From a virus, in IMG/VR virus record IMGVR_UViG_3300044620_000592, positions 41,670 through 105,669 of that record: 64,000 nucleotides of DNA. One strand, given 5' to 3'. This document shows, one piece after another, positions 1 through 9,497 of this stretch. Position 1 is the stretch's first letter. Every line of letters starts with the position of its first letter. Below the pieces are notes generated by a model. The model had not been told where the DNA came from and did no database searches. It saw nothing but the letters and a program-made list of their open reading frames with translations. Both the position numbers and the translations under genes were made by a program.

Positions 1-3000
1 ACCAATACTCTTAGTATCTTCTGTGTCTTGCCTTGCCCCCGCATCGGCAATTGCTCTTGCTTCATCAATTTGCCCAGCATAAACTGCCATCGCATAATTA
101 CGTCTAGTATTAAGACGGTTAAGGGCTCTTTGCTCTTCGGCTTCTCTAAGTTTGTTTTGGTATTCTTGCTCTTTTGTAAGTTTTTCTTCAGCTTTTGCAA
201 CATCCTCAATTTTTTTAATTTGAGCATCATAAATTAAAAGAGATGCTTCTTTTTGATCTTTCAACGAGTTTGTTATAGATTCAACAACAGCAGTCATTGC
301 ATCCTTAATACGGCTTGCAATTTCTTCTTGGACTTCTTTCTTGATGTCTTTTAGCGCTTGAGCTGCTCTCTTTGCTAATTCCTTAGCGCCTTCATCAGCG
401 CCTTCAGATAAACCTTCACCAGTTGCATTGGCAATTTGCTCTTGCATTGGGTCTGTATCAACCTCAACATTATCGTCTTTCTTGCCCTTGCCGCCTAGTG
501 TGACTTTTCCTTTTGAAGCATCAATACCGCCCTTCTTTAAACCACCAAGTTTGTTTTTGATACCCTTAGCAGATTTATCAATAAGGCCATTAACAGCACC
601 TGTTGCTTTATCAACTGTGCTATTGACAACGCTAGTTGCTGAATCGACCATTCCTTTTGCGCCATTTACTACGCTTCTAAATTTATTATTAATACCTTTA
701 AATTTGTCACCAATTCCAAAAGGTAGCATTGATGCGAGTTTTAATACTCCAGTTATTGGCCAAACTAGATATTCAATCATCCCTTTAGCAAGAAGGCCAA
801 TAAGGCTAACAACTCCCTTTACAAGACCACCAGCAAGGCTGACTATAACTTTAAATCCAATTGCAAAAGCATTAACAAAAAATTCAGCAGCAAAAGCTAC
901 AGCAGCCATTAAGAAAGAGAATGCTTTCTTCCAATTACCTTGGAATAGCGATACAACTGCTCCAACAATGTTTATAATCATATAAAGGTATGGCTTAATG
1001 AACTTCTCAACAATCATTTTGAAAACATTAGCTACAAACTTAAAGACTACTGCAATACCAGAGAATGCTTTACCAAGACCTTGGACAGCACCTTCTGAGC
1101 CTTTTGCTCCGTTTCCAAAATGAGCAAACAAGTCAATAATAGGGCGGACAAGTTCAAGAACTGCATCTTTAACAGTAGTAAATGCCTCTTTAACAGTTTT
1201 AATTCCAGAAGATCCCGCTTTCTTAAAACTGTCTAGATTCTTCATTACAAGCATTACAGCAACGCCGATTGCAAGAATTATAATTCCAATACCAGAAGCG
1301 ATAAGTGTTAACTTCATTATCTTCAGAGCAGCTGTCCCAAGATTTGTTGATGTTACAAAACCTTTCATCGCAGCAGACATTCTTGCAAAGAATCTTGGCG
1401 CTTCAACGCCAGCAGCAGCATGCTGCATTCTTAATGCAAGCATTGCATCTTTAGCGCCTTTTACACTCTTCTTGTATCCTTCTATTGGAGCAGTTGCAAG
1501 ACCCTTGGCTGTACCGCCAAGTTCTTTTATTCTGTCGGGAGCAGCTTCTCTTGATCTTCCTACTGCTTCTGCGACTTGAGCAGCTCTTCCTTTAATTCCA
1601 CCTCTGTAGATATCCGATGCTCTGTCAGCAGTAATTTCTCTGCCCTTATACATATTTTGCCCAGTGAATACATCAAGATCTAAATTTTTTCTACTAAGCG
1701 TTCTCTTGGCTAATGTTCTCTTTTCAAGAGTCTCTCTAGTATCCTCATAAGCCTGCAGAGCATCTTTCTCTCCAGTGGTCATTCTTCTAAAACGACCACT
1801 CGCTCCTCTGATACCGGCCGCTCCTGAAGTAACACCAGATGCCTGCAGAGCGACTGCCTCCTGCACCATGTCGCCTACGGACTTTGAGAATCGACCACCA
1901 GGACCTCTACCACCTGTAGTTGGATAACCTTTAGCCAACAAACTTTGTTTGATCATCTCTTCAGTTTTTCTTAGGATTTCTCTTTCATCTGCATCCATTG
2001 GCCCCATACGACCACTGGGGCCTCTTACTCCCGCAGCGCCAGACATAACCCCAGTTTTCTGAAGCTTCAAAGCAGATTTCATTTGGGATGTAAAAGAAGG
2101 TTTTGCAGCAACAGGTGCGCCAGTAATTGGGTCAATAACTGAAGTACCAGTAATTGGAGCTAATGATTCTCTAACTGCTTTTTGAGCATTAACTTGTCTA
2201 GACAATGCCATTGGAGCAGTGCTTTGCTCTTGCAAAGCACCAGTCATTAATCCAATTTTATTTGCGAGTCTTCCAACCGGACCTTCACCAGATGCAAGAG
2301 TTGCAAGGAATGTCGCAAACTTCCCATTTGTATTAACAACGGTATCACCAACAACAGTTAATGGCTTAGATAGTCTAAGCATTGCTGATGAACTAGCAAC
2401 AGCTTCAACTGACAATGTTTTAAGGGATGGCAAAAAGGAGAGAAGGACTTTCGCAACGCTACCCATTGCAAGTCTAAACTGACCGAAGACAAAGATGAGT
2501 GGTCCAATTGCAGCAGTTGCTCCAGCAACAAGAAGAGCAACAGTTGATATTAATTGCTTAGTTCTACCATCAAGACTAGACCATGCAGTAATCAACTTAT
2601 TTGAAATATCTGTAATTTTTTCTATTGCAGGTCTTGCCCCTTTGATGATATCAGTAGCAAAAGCTTTAAAGTTGTTTTTAAGAATTGATATTTGTGTGTC
2701 AAGAGAACCTAATGCGACATCTAATTCTCTTTGTGCAACCTCAGCAGCGTTGGCTGCGCCTGCAAGTTGAATAAAGCTAGCTCGACCAGCCTCCGTATTA
2801 ACTTGACCAATTAAGTCTACTCCTTCTGTTCTTTGAGCTTTTACAATCTCATCAGTAACAGCTTGTCTAACTTTTCTAGCTTCTTTAACTTGCGCTAGAG
2901 TTACTCTACCAAAACCATCAATTTGCGCCGTTTCTCCCTCTTTAATCTGAGCTGTTGCAATTCTGGCAATAATTCCAATATCTTGATAACTCTTAATAAG

Positions 3001-4521
3001 AGGAAGGTTTGCATTAGATGACTTATTAGCCGAAATTATTGCTTGGTTTGCAAATCCTTGGAGTTTCTTTTCTGCAGACTCTAAACTTACAGTATTTGAT
3101 TTAAGAACTTCATCAAAGTCTGCCATCTGAGCAAGTGCAACTTCCATTCTTGGACCTTGACGAACACCAAAAACTTTTGCAAAGAACTCCATTGCGCCTT
3201 CTTGACCTGCTGCGCTGTTCTTTAGTTCATTAAAACCATCAATAAGAGATTGAATAGCATCAAGACCAGTACCTTTAATTGCGGTAAAGTTAGTATCATA
3301 CTCTTTTGATAATCTTCTAAACAAGTCAGCATTTTGCTTTGTTGGAGCAACAAGTCTCTGCAAAGAAACTTTAATTGAGTTAGCGGATGCTCCAACTTCA
3401 AAACCAGCAGCCTTCATTGGAGCAAGCATTCCAGCAAGTTCAGTCATTGAAAGACCAAATGAGGAACCAGCAGCAGCGACTTCTGGGAAAGCATCTCCCA
3501 AGTCTCTTAGAGTCAATGCAGTTACGTTTTCAACAGAGTTGAAAAGATTTAATTGAGCAGTTGCTGCGCCGATTGCAGCAATTTCTCTTTCTTCAAAGGT
3601 CATCTTTCTAGATTGACCCGACATTTGCATAGCTCGCTGAGCTTGGAAGTAAAGGCTTTGTACAAGATCTTTGGCTGCACCAATATCCATGTCACCAAGT
3701 TTTTCAGTAACAGCAGCTAATTCAGTAATCTTTGCAATGCTCTCTTCGCTTTGGATACCTAATTCAGCAAAGTCTCCTGCCAATCCGACTGTTAAACTCT
3801 TGGCAAGACCGAATCTATTGCTAATTTTTCCAAGAGATTTATCAAGCCTGTCATAGCGATCAACCATTCCTTGAAGTTGCTTAGATTGCTCCTTAGTTGC
3901 CCCAACAAGGTCAACATTCATCTTCTTCGCAGCGGCCTCAAGATTTGGTGCAACATTTTCAAGAACTTTATTTAATCTTACAAATTCTTTATCAACTGAC
4001 ACAAGAGCTTGGAGACCGTATCTTGCAAAACCAACCATTGGGGTTGTAAGACCAATAATAAGACTTCGACCAACGAACTGCGCATCCTTGCCAAGACGCT
4101 TCTGCTCTTGCGCTACGCTCTTTAAGTCCTCTGTAAGACCTCTTAGACGAATTCCCTTTAAAGCAGACTCATAAGCCTTAAGGTCGGAAACAGCGGCTTT
4201 TCTGAATGAGGCAGATGCTCCAGTAGCAAACTTAAACTCTGTGCCCATTCCGGCAATTTCTTTTCTTACCCTTCCAATCTCATTGGTAAGAACAGAGTTG
4301 TTTCTAGAAAGTTGATCAATTGTTTTAGCGTGAGCTTTTAATGATGAGTCAGCAGAGCCTACAGCAGCAGAGAGAGCCTTGCTTCTTGCGCTAAGGTTGT
4401 TCATTGGGGCTACAGAACCCCTTACAACAGCATTGAGCTGTTGCATAGCATTGCTAAGCTTATAAACATCCGCTACGCCCGCAGTCGCTACGGCAATTAC
4501 AATATCTACATCACTAGCCAT
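1..4521 (-). CDS. tape measure protein (3' end beyond window)
   Basis: ATG at 4521 (MASDVDIVIAVATAG...), frame appears open to the window edge; Ala-rich helical with TP901-type segment FNSVENVTALTLRDLGDAFPEVAAAGSSFGLSMTELAGML; directly downstream of tail chaperones; absent from the ORF track presumably because no stop lies in the window. Confidence 0.9.
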   Translation of the reverse strand, partial: MASDVDIVIAVATAGVADVYKLSNAMQQLNAVVRGSVAPMNNLSARSKALSAAVGSADSSLKAHAKTIDQLSRNNSVLTNEIGRVRKEIAGMGTEFKFATGASASFRKAAVSDLKAYESALKGIRLRGLTEDLKSVAQEQKRLGKDAQFVGRSLIIGLTTPMVGFARYGLQALVSVDKEFVRLNKVLENVAPNLEAAAKKMNVDLVGATKEQSKQLQGMVDRYDRLDKSLGKISNRFGLAKSLTVGLAGDFAELGIQSEESIAKITELAAVTEKLGDMDIGAAKDLVQSLYFQAQRAMQMSGQSRKMTFEEREIAAIGAATAQLNLFNSVENVTALTLRDLGDAFPEVAAAGSSFGLSMTELAGMLAPMKAAGFEVGASANSIKVSLQRLVAPTKQNADLFRRLSKEYDTNFTAIKGTGLDAIQSLIDGFNELKNSAAGQEGAMEFFAKVFGVRQGPRMEVALAQMADFDEVLKSNTVSLESAEKKLQGFANQAIISANKSSNANLPLIKSYQDIGIIARIATAQIKEGETAQIDGFGRVTLAQVKEARKVRQAVTDEIVKAQRTEGVDLIGQVNTEAGRASFIQLAGAANAAEVAQRELDVALGSLDTQISILKNNFKAFATDIIKGARPAIEKITDISNKLITAWSSLDGRTKQLISTVALLVAGATAAIGPLIFVFGQFRLAMGSVAKVLLSFLPSLKTLSVEAVASSSAMLRLSKPLTVVGDTVVNTNGKFATFLATLASGEGPVGRLANKIGLMTGALQEQSTAPMALSRQVNAQKAVRESLAPITGTSVIDPITGAPVAAKPSFTSQMKSALKLQKTGVMSGAAGVRGPSGRMGPMDADEREILRKTEEMIKQSLLAKGYPTTGGRGPGGRFSKSVGDMVQEAVALQASGVTSGAAGIRGASGRFRRMTTGEKDALQAYEDTRETLEKRTLAKRTLSRKNLDLDVFTGQNMYKGREITADRASDIYRGGIKGRAAQVAEAVGRSREAAPDRIKELGGTAKGLATAPIEGYKKSVKGAKDAMLALRMQHAAAGVEAPRFFARMSAAMKGFVTSTNLGTAALKIMKLTLIASGIGIIILAIGVAVMLVMKNLDSFKKAGSSGIKTVKEAFTTVKDAVLELVRPIIDLFAHFGNGAKGSEGAVQGLGKAFSGIAVVFKFVANVFKMIVEKFIKPYLYMIINIVGAVVSLFQGNWKKAFSFLMAAVAFAAEFFVNAFAIGFKVIVSLAGGLVKGVVSLIGLLAKGMIEYLVWPITGVLKLASMLPFGIGDKFKGINNKFRSVVNGAKGMVDSATSVVNSTVDKATGAVNGLIDKSAKGIKNKLGGLKKGGIDASKGKVTLGGKGKKDDNVEVDTDPMQEQIANATGEGLSEGADEGAKELAKRAAQALKDIKKEVQEEIASRIKDAMTAVVESITNSLKDQKEASLLIYDAQIKKIEDVAKAEEKLTKEQEYQNKLREAEEQRALNRLNTRRNYAMAVYAGQIDEARAIADAGARQDTEDTKSIG

Positions 4522-4569
4522 TTGGTACCTCTTAAATTATCGCATTTTATATTGCAAAACGCAATGAAT

Positions 4570-4908
4570 TTATCCAGCAATTTCAAAGCCAAGGCCAATT
4601 GGAATATCTCTATAGTTATCTGCGGTGATTGAGTTATCCTCTGGAGGAAGTGGATCGTACCAGTCATCATCAAAGTCAACTTCTCCTCCAAATGCAACAG
4701 CAGATGCTTTGATTGTTTTTGTATATTCATTACCACATGCGCGGTAAAGCAAAAACAACTCATGCAAAAGCAAAGAGTCTTCTAATTCTTCTAAACTTTT
4801 CCACGCACCTATTTGTACAAAAACTTCTGATTCATACTTCAATAGGGGAAGATCATCCCAAGCGGTTACTTCGCCTGAACTTGCTGACCCTCCCTCTACT
4901 GGTTTGGG
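4570..4908 (-). CDS. tail assembly chaperone, frameshift extension (gpGT-like C-terminal part)
   Basis: The -1 frame from slippery CCCAAAC (4902-4908) is open into the 4570..4842 ORF; lies between chaperone and tape measure. Confidence 0.75.
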   Translation of the reverse strand, partial: PKPVEGGSASSGEVTAWDDLPLLKYESEVFVQIGAWKSLEELEDSLLLHELFLLYRACGNEYTKTIKASAVAFGGEVDFDDDWYDPLPPEDNSITADNYRDIPIGLGFEIAG

Positions 4909-5210
4909 TCGCCACCCATAGCAACTGCCATGAGTTCTTGGAATGAACGGAGGTCGAGAGCGTCTTCCAATGCATCATCATCAGCTGCCAACTCTGGGTC
5001 AACCTTCTTGAGTGCAATTTTTGCTGCTGCAACCATCTTGTCAATGTCCTCATCTGTGAGGTTACCTTCGTCAGTTGTCTTCATATCATTTGCAACCTTC
5101 ATAAAGTCTCTCAGTGAGCGAATGGTCAGGGGTTTAATTGTGCGAACTTTTCCGTCAGCAAACACAATGTCTGTACCCTTATACATATCTACATTCTTAT
5201 TATTAGCCAT
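4896..5210 (-). CDS. tail assembly chaperone (gpG-like)
   Basis: 104 aa acidic ORF between tail tube and tape measure, ending at a slippery heptamer. Confidence 0.8.
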   Translation of the reverse strand: MANNKNVDMYKGTDIVFADGKVRTIKPLTIRSLRDFMKVANDMKTTDEGNLTDEDIDKMVAAAKIALKKVDPELAADDDALEDALDLRSFQELMAVAMGGDPNQ

Positions 5211-5309
5211 TTTAAAATGTCCTACCTTTGTCTATAAAAAGGGAAAATCCCTTGTGCAATATATTATCACACAAGGGATTGCCCTAAGTACCAGTTTGTA
5301 GTTTTTTAA

Positions 5310-5903
5310 TTACAGGTCGTCAATAATCTTGCCGTACTCGTAGTTAGTGTCTGTTGACACTGGGAGGATACGGAAAGAGACTGCAAAGACGGATGCCTCT
5401 GCTCTCTTCATGCTGATTGTTGATGATTCCATTGAGATTGCTCTCTTTGTTCTGAACTTACGCAACTTCGTTACTGAAGCAGTTGAACCAGGGGCATTGC
5501 CCTCGATTTGTACTGCCTTTTCGAATGGGTAAACGCCTTGTCCACCAAACTTGAAAGTTCTTGTATTTAAACCGTCAAGTGTATTAACGATGTCTGCGCC
5601 ACTTGAGTCGCTGTTTGCGATTTCCGTGTTGTAGCTCCACGCAATAGCGAGGTTTCTCAATGTACCTTCAGCCATAGTTGTCTTAACCATAACCTTAACT
5701 TTCGATTGAATAACCTTTGCTGCGTCACCGAATTGATCAACCTCAATGTCAACCATGTCTGGCTGCCAAGAGATTTCCACACCACCTTGGGTGTAGCCAA
5801 CATCGGTAAGAGCATCGAAATCTACACCTGTCATTGTTGTGTTGGAAGCTCCAACTTTAACGACTGCTTCACCGACTACGATATTTGCTGCTTCTGTTGC
5901 CAT
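5310..5903 (-). CDS. major tail (tube) protein
   Basis: 197 aa with DVGYTQGGVEISW motif typical of siphovirus tail tubes; synteny. Confidence 0.8.
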   Translation of the reverse strand: MATEAANIVVGEAVVKVGASNTTMTGVDFDALTDVGYTQGGVEISWQPDMVDIEVDQFGDAAKVIQSKVKVMVKTTMAEGTLRNLAIAWSYNTEIANSDSSGADIVNTLDGLNTRTFKFGGQGVYPFEKAVQIEGNAPGSTASVTKLRKFRTKRAISMESSTISMKRAEASVFAVSFRILPVSTDTNYEYGKIIDDL

Positions 5904-5918
5904 TTTTTTTCTCCTAAA

Positions 5919-6113
5919 TTATTCGAGGAAGAAAATTTTCTTTCCTCTTCTGTCACGCCATTTAGCGATCTTTTTTACATGGTCTGGGTTGACCTCATCT
6001 TGCTTTCGACCTATTCCTAAGCCCTTTTGCCATTCAAAATCGTAAGTTTTGGAACCCATCCTGACGGTATAACCTTCAGTTTTACCTATGTATGTAATAG
6101 TAGTATACTTCAT
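5919..6113 (-). CDS. hypothetical protein
   Basis: Short ORF in the tail operon. Confidence 0.6.
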   Translation of the reverse strand: MKYTTITYIGKTEGYTVRMGSKTYDFEWQKGLGIGRKQDEVNPDHVKKIAKWRDRRGKKIFFLE

Positions 6114-6134
6114 ATCTTATTAGCATACCATACT

Positions 6135-6551
6135 CTAATAAGAAGTTGAGTATATTCTAAAGCTTAAATCCATTTGATACCAGCCTTCTTTCTCCAAAGG
6201 CTCCAGCAACCCAGAACCTACAAATATTGCAGACTTAAATCTATGGTTACTACTCTCAATTCCACCACTATCTCCAATTGTATCACCTCTGCCCAAGAGA
6301 TAAATCATTCTTTCAGATATTTTAAACATTCTATCAACATCACTATCATAAATTGAGTAAGTAATATTATCAAACCTATTCCAGTAGGACTCAACTGAAG
6401 GAATTGATGGATTAAAATAATAAACAATAAACGGAGGAGGCTCTGTTCCATACCCAATAATTGGGAAGAAGTTCATGGTTTTTCCGGCAATCTGTTGAAG
6501 GACTGTATCTTCTTTTAGAAAAGTATTAACATCATAAACACTTATTGTCAT
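6135..6551 (-). CDS. putative tail terminator
   Basis: 138 aa with PPFIVY motif; position upstream of tail tube. Confidence 0.55.
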   Translation of the reverse strand: MTISVYDVNTFLKEDTVLQQIAGKTMNFFPIIGYGTEPPPFIVYYFNPSIPSVESYWNRFDNITYSIYDSDVDRMFKISERMIYLLGRGDTIGDSGGIESSNHRFKSAIFVGSGLLEPLEKEGWYQMDLSFRIYSTSY

Positions 6552-7105
6552 CTTCCACCTGCTCTACTTCTAATTGATGGCAAATCTGACAAACCAGTTG
6601 AACCACCTCTTGGACCAAAGCCAAATCTCTTAATTGCATACTGCAAGTTCTCTAAAACAATTCTACGAGCATCCTGCTTCACTTCGTCAGCATGACCGCG
6701 CATGCTTGGTATCTTTGCAGACCATAAAGCACTTGGGTATGGAGGAACAGACTCCGGCCTTAAAACCATTCTGTAAGCACCTCTAGATTTAACTCTATAG
6801 GCTTTTCGACCTTTCAAGAAAACCGAGGCAACAATAAAGGCATCTGCTCCATTTCTTGTTTTCATACCTTTTTCTGGCTTAATTGTCAACTTATATCCTA
6901 AATCTCCACTTGGAGAAATTTCATATGCCAAGTATCTTGAAGCAGGATACATTGCATAAAGTTTTTGAGATATATTATCTGCGCTTCTGTACAAGCCAGA
7001 TTGCTGAATTGACGCAATACGATTAGGAAAGCTATCAATCTTATTAATAAGCGCATCCATTTGCCTTGTTGCATTGGAGTTAATATTCATATTATACATT
7101 CTCAA
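6548..7105 (-). CDS. putative tail completion/neck protein
   Basis: Basic 185 aa ORF between head closure and terminator genes. Confidence 0.5.
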   Translation of the reverse strand: MRMYNMNINSNATRQMDALINKIDSFPNRIASIQQSGLYRSADNISQKLYAMYPASRYLAYEISPSGDLGYKLTIKPEKGMKTRNGADAFIVASVFLKGRKAYRVKSRGAYRMVLRPESVPPYPSALWSAKIPSMRGHADEVKQDARRIVLENLQYAIKRFGFGPRGGSTGLSDLPSIRSRAGGR

Positions 7106-7466
7106 CCACCCTTCTTGTAGTGATTAGATAATGATGTAATTTGCCTTTATAGCCCATGTACTTGCGAATGCTTATAATCTCTAATGGTCCAGACTCAAGG
7201 ACAACCCCGGCTCTATCCACGACATTTTGAATCCGATTGTTGTAAGTAATATACTGAGCATCTTGGTGTGAGACATAAAACTCATACTGATCAATGTTGT
7301 CAATATATGGCTCAATTCTTCTTTCGCTTCGCTGGGATTGGAATACCGCAGGTATCGTAGCAGCCTTGCTAAAAGTTATTGTCTTTTGACCAGCAGCATT
7401 ATTACTGGTTATTTTTTCGTATACATCAATCTTGTGTACAAATCTTAAATAAGTTTTTGCACTCAT
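7092..7466 (-). CDS. putative head-closure (stopper) protein
   Basis: 124 aa, beta-rich, SPP1 gp16-like layout; synteny. Confidence 0.55.
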   Translation of the reverse strand: MSAKTYLRFVHKIDVYEKITSNNAAGQKTITFSKAATIPAVFQSQRSERRIEPYIDNIDQYEFYVSHQDAQYITYNNRIQNVVDRAGVVLESGPLEIISIRKYMGYKGKLHHYLITTRRVVENV

Positions 7467-8377
7467 TAGACAACATAATCCATCACAAACAATGTGTAAT
7501 CCATAAGCAGAACATCAGCCTCGATGTTCCCAGTTGTCTCATAGAAAGAGTCTTTCATGTAAACAGTAAGAGCATCCATTTCAACTCTTGTCATGCCATG
7601 CATTCTGTATTCCGAATCATTATTCATTGCATCGGCAATCAGCAAAGAAGCGGCCTGCTTAACATTGTCGGGAATAAATCTCCAGCCAAAGTTGCCAATA
7701 ATCTGGTATGTAGAGTCAAGATCCCATTTGCCCAAAACAAAGACTTGCTCTGGCAGGGATGTCTTCCTAAAGCGGATGTTATAGGTTGTATCAAAATTGA
7801 AAGGCTGTCTTACCTTCTCAACTTTATCAACCGTTTCACTAAGAAGGATTAATTCATCGCTTGTTCCAAAGTCTTGGATAACAGATACTAGATCAGAAAC
7901 CGGAATTGGGAGTCTCATGCTCGAATAGTTATTGCCATTCATCAGCAAGGTTTTATTTTCATAATATTCAAAAGACTGTCCACAGTAGGTGTCAATTGTA
8001 TTTTTTACCCTTTTGGCAATTGCCTCAAACTTGGACTCAAATTCATTCTCAAGCTCTGGATATTCATCAAAGAACTCAGCTGCCGTAATGTAGGGGGTAA
8101 AGACATTGATGTACTTAGATTGGGTGTATGTCACCCCAGAAACCGCATAGGTGAAATCAGCCTTGTAACGCCCTGAGGAATTTAAAATATAGATTCCAGA
8201 GCTTTGTTGACCAAAGGTGATTGTATAAACCCCTGTGCCTGTTCTGGTGGCGCTGGTTGGTCCTGAAACCAAATCCCCAAGCTCATGATACAGGGATACC
8301 GATACCAGATTTGATGTTGGGTCACTTGGTAGCGTTAGCGTAAGGGTTTTAGATGTGTTGATCTTTACTTCATCCAT
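7466..8377 (-). CDS. head-tail adaptor with N-terminal Ig-like domain
   Basis: IDTYCGQSF and GWRFIPDNVKQAASLL motifs typical of gp6/gp15 adaptors. Confidence 0.65.
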   Translation of the reverse strand: MDEVKINTSKTLTLTLPSDPTSNLVSVSLYHELGDLVSGPTSATRTGTGVYTITFGQQSSGIYILNSSGRYKADFTYAVSGVTYTQSKYINVFTPYITAAEFFDEYPELENEFESKFEAIAKRVKNTIDTYCGQSFEYYENKTLLMNGNNYSSMRLPIPVSDLVSVIQDFGTSDELILLSETVDKVEKVRQPFNFDTTYNIRFRKTSLPEQVFVLGKWDLDSTYQIIGNFGWRFIPDNVKQAASLLIADAMNNDSEYRMHGMTRVEMDALTVYMKDSFYETTGNIEADVLLMDYTLFVMDYVV

Positions 8378-8418
8378 TATGCTTTAATTATACAGCATAT
8401 AGGTTTAGTTGGTAAATC

Positions 8419-8709
8419 TCAAAACCCCCAAAAATGTTTCAATATCGATAAACTTGCCAAAACCACCCAAGCGACATTGAAAAGGATGATTGTTGGAAGG
8501 GTCTTGCGTGTTGAAGTCCAAATAAGAGCAACGCTGGAAATGATGGCAAAAATATATAACCACCAGAATTGCTTGCCGAGAAGAAGCCCTGGGAAGATAA
8601 TTGCAATCTTGGTAGCAAAGCCACAAGCCTCTACTGTATTAACACTTGTCCAGTATGAGCGATTACTCATGGTCTTGACAGCATTAATTATTTTTTGAAA
8701 AAATTCCAT
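8419..8709 (-). CDS. hypothetical membrane protein
   Basis: 96 aa with about three hydrophobic segments. Confidence 0.6.
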   Translation of the reverse strand: MEFFQKIINAVKTMSNRSYWTSVNTVEACGFATKIAIIFPGLLLGKQFWWLYIFAIISSVALIWTSTRKTLPTIILFNVAWVVLASLSILKHFWGF

Positions 8710-9497
8710 TTTTTATTTTCTTTTTCTAAAATTTCTAAGTCTGTTGATTTTTGTTTTTTTCTATAAAACAAATTTCTATCAGGGGCAATCAAAGAACCTT
8801 CTCCAAGTCCTGAAGCCTCTAAGAATCTACTATAACTCTCATTACCCCAAACAATTCTCTTAAAAGAATCACGCCTAGTGATGGGAACAAGGTATTGCAT
8901 CGGAGTTCCTGCGGGGATAGTGAATTCCTTATCTGTGGTTATGTTCAACACAACATGTATGTGATGGTAATAATCTGTATGCACAACCCCAGGTACAACC
9001 GTGTAGTTAGGATTTGGCTCATGCAACATTGGCAATGCCATTAATGAAACACCTTTGTGAGTAATATAAAGCCAAGGGGAAACCAGTTTGGGGTATTGCG
9101 CCGTTGGTATTTTCTTCAGAGTTGAGAACGGACATCCTTCAGAACTTTCATTATCAAATCCTTCAACTGCAAATCCCTTATCCCCATACCTAGACAGTTT
9201 TAACTCAAAACGCTTGCCATCAATTGCTGGCCTTACCGTAACATCTGTCCATAGGGGGATGACAATTCCATGAGTTATATAATCATACGTTCCTTGGCAT
9301 CGTCTAATTGAACCTTTTTTCTTTGAAAGATTTTTCCACCATGAGGGGAGCTGACTCCAAGGGAGGTATGGGGGCAGATGCATCAAACGATTATCAGTAG
9401 GAATGACAACAATCTCACCACGCTTGGGCTTAGGAATGTCTTTTTTATATTGAATAATTTTATATTTGTATTTGCCTGAGCGCCTCAGCATGATCAA
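8688..9497 (-). CDS. hypothetical protein (beta-rich; true start may be slightly downstream)
   Basis: 269 aa; PGVVHTDYY and IPAGTPMQY motifs of a kind seen in phage accessory oxygenase clusters. Confidence 0.6.
   Translation of the reverse strand: MIMLRRSGKYKYKIIQYKKDIPKPKRGEIVVIPTDNRLMHLPPYLPWSQLPSWWKNLSKKKGSIRRCQGTYDYITHGIVIPLWTDVTVRPAIDGKRFELKLSRYGDKGFAVEGFDNESSEGCPFSTLKKIPTAQYPKLVSPWLYITHKGVSLMALPMLHEPNPNYTVVPGVVHTDYYHHIHVVLNITTDKEFTIPAGTPMQYLVPITRRDSFKRIVWGNESYSRFLEASGLGEGSLIAPDRNLFYRKKQKSTDLEILEKENKKWNFFKK

Noticed and set aside
28-3856. Plus-strand ORFs in the track (e.g. 428..985, 2219..2482)
   Set aside because: Antisense shadows of the tape measure gene
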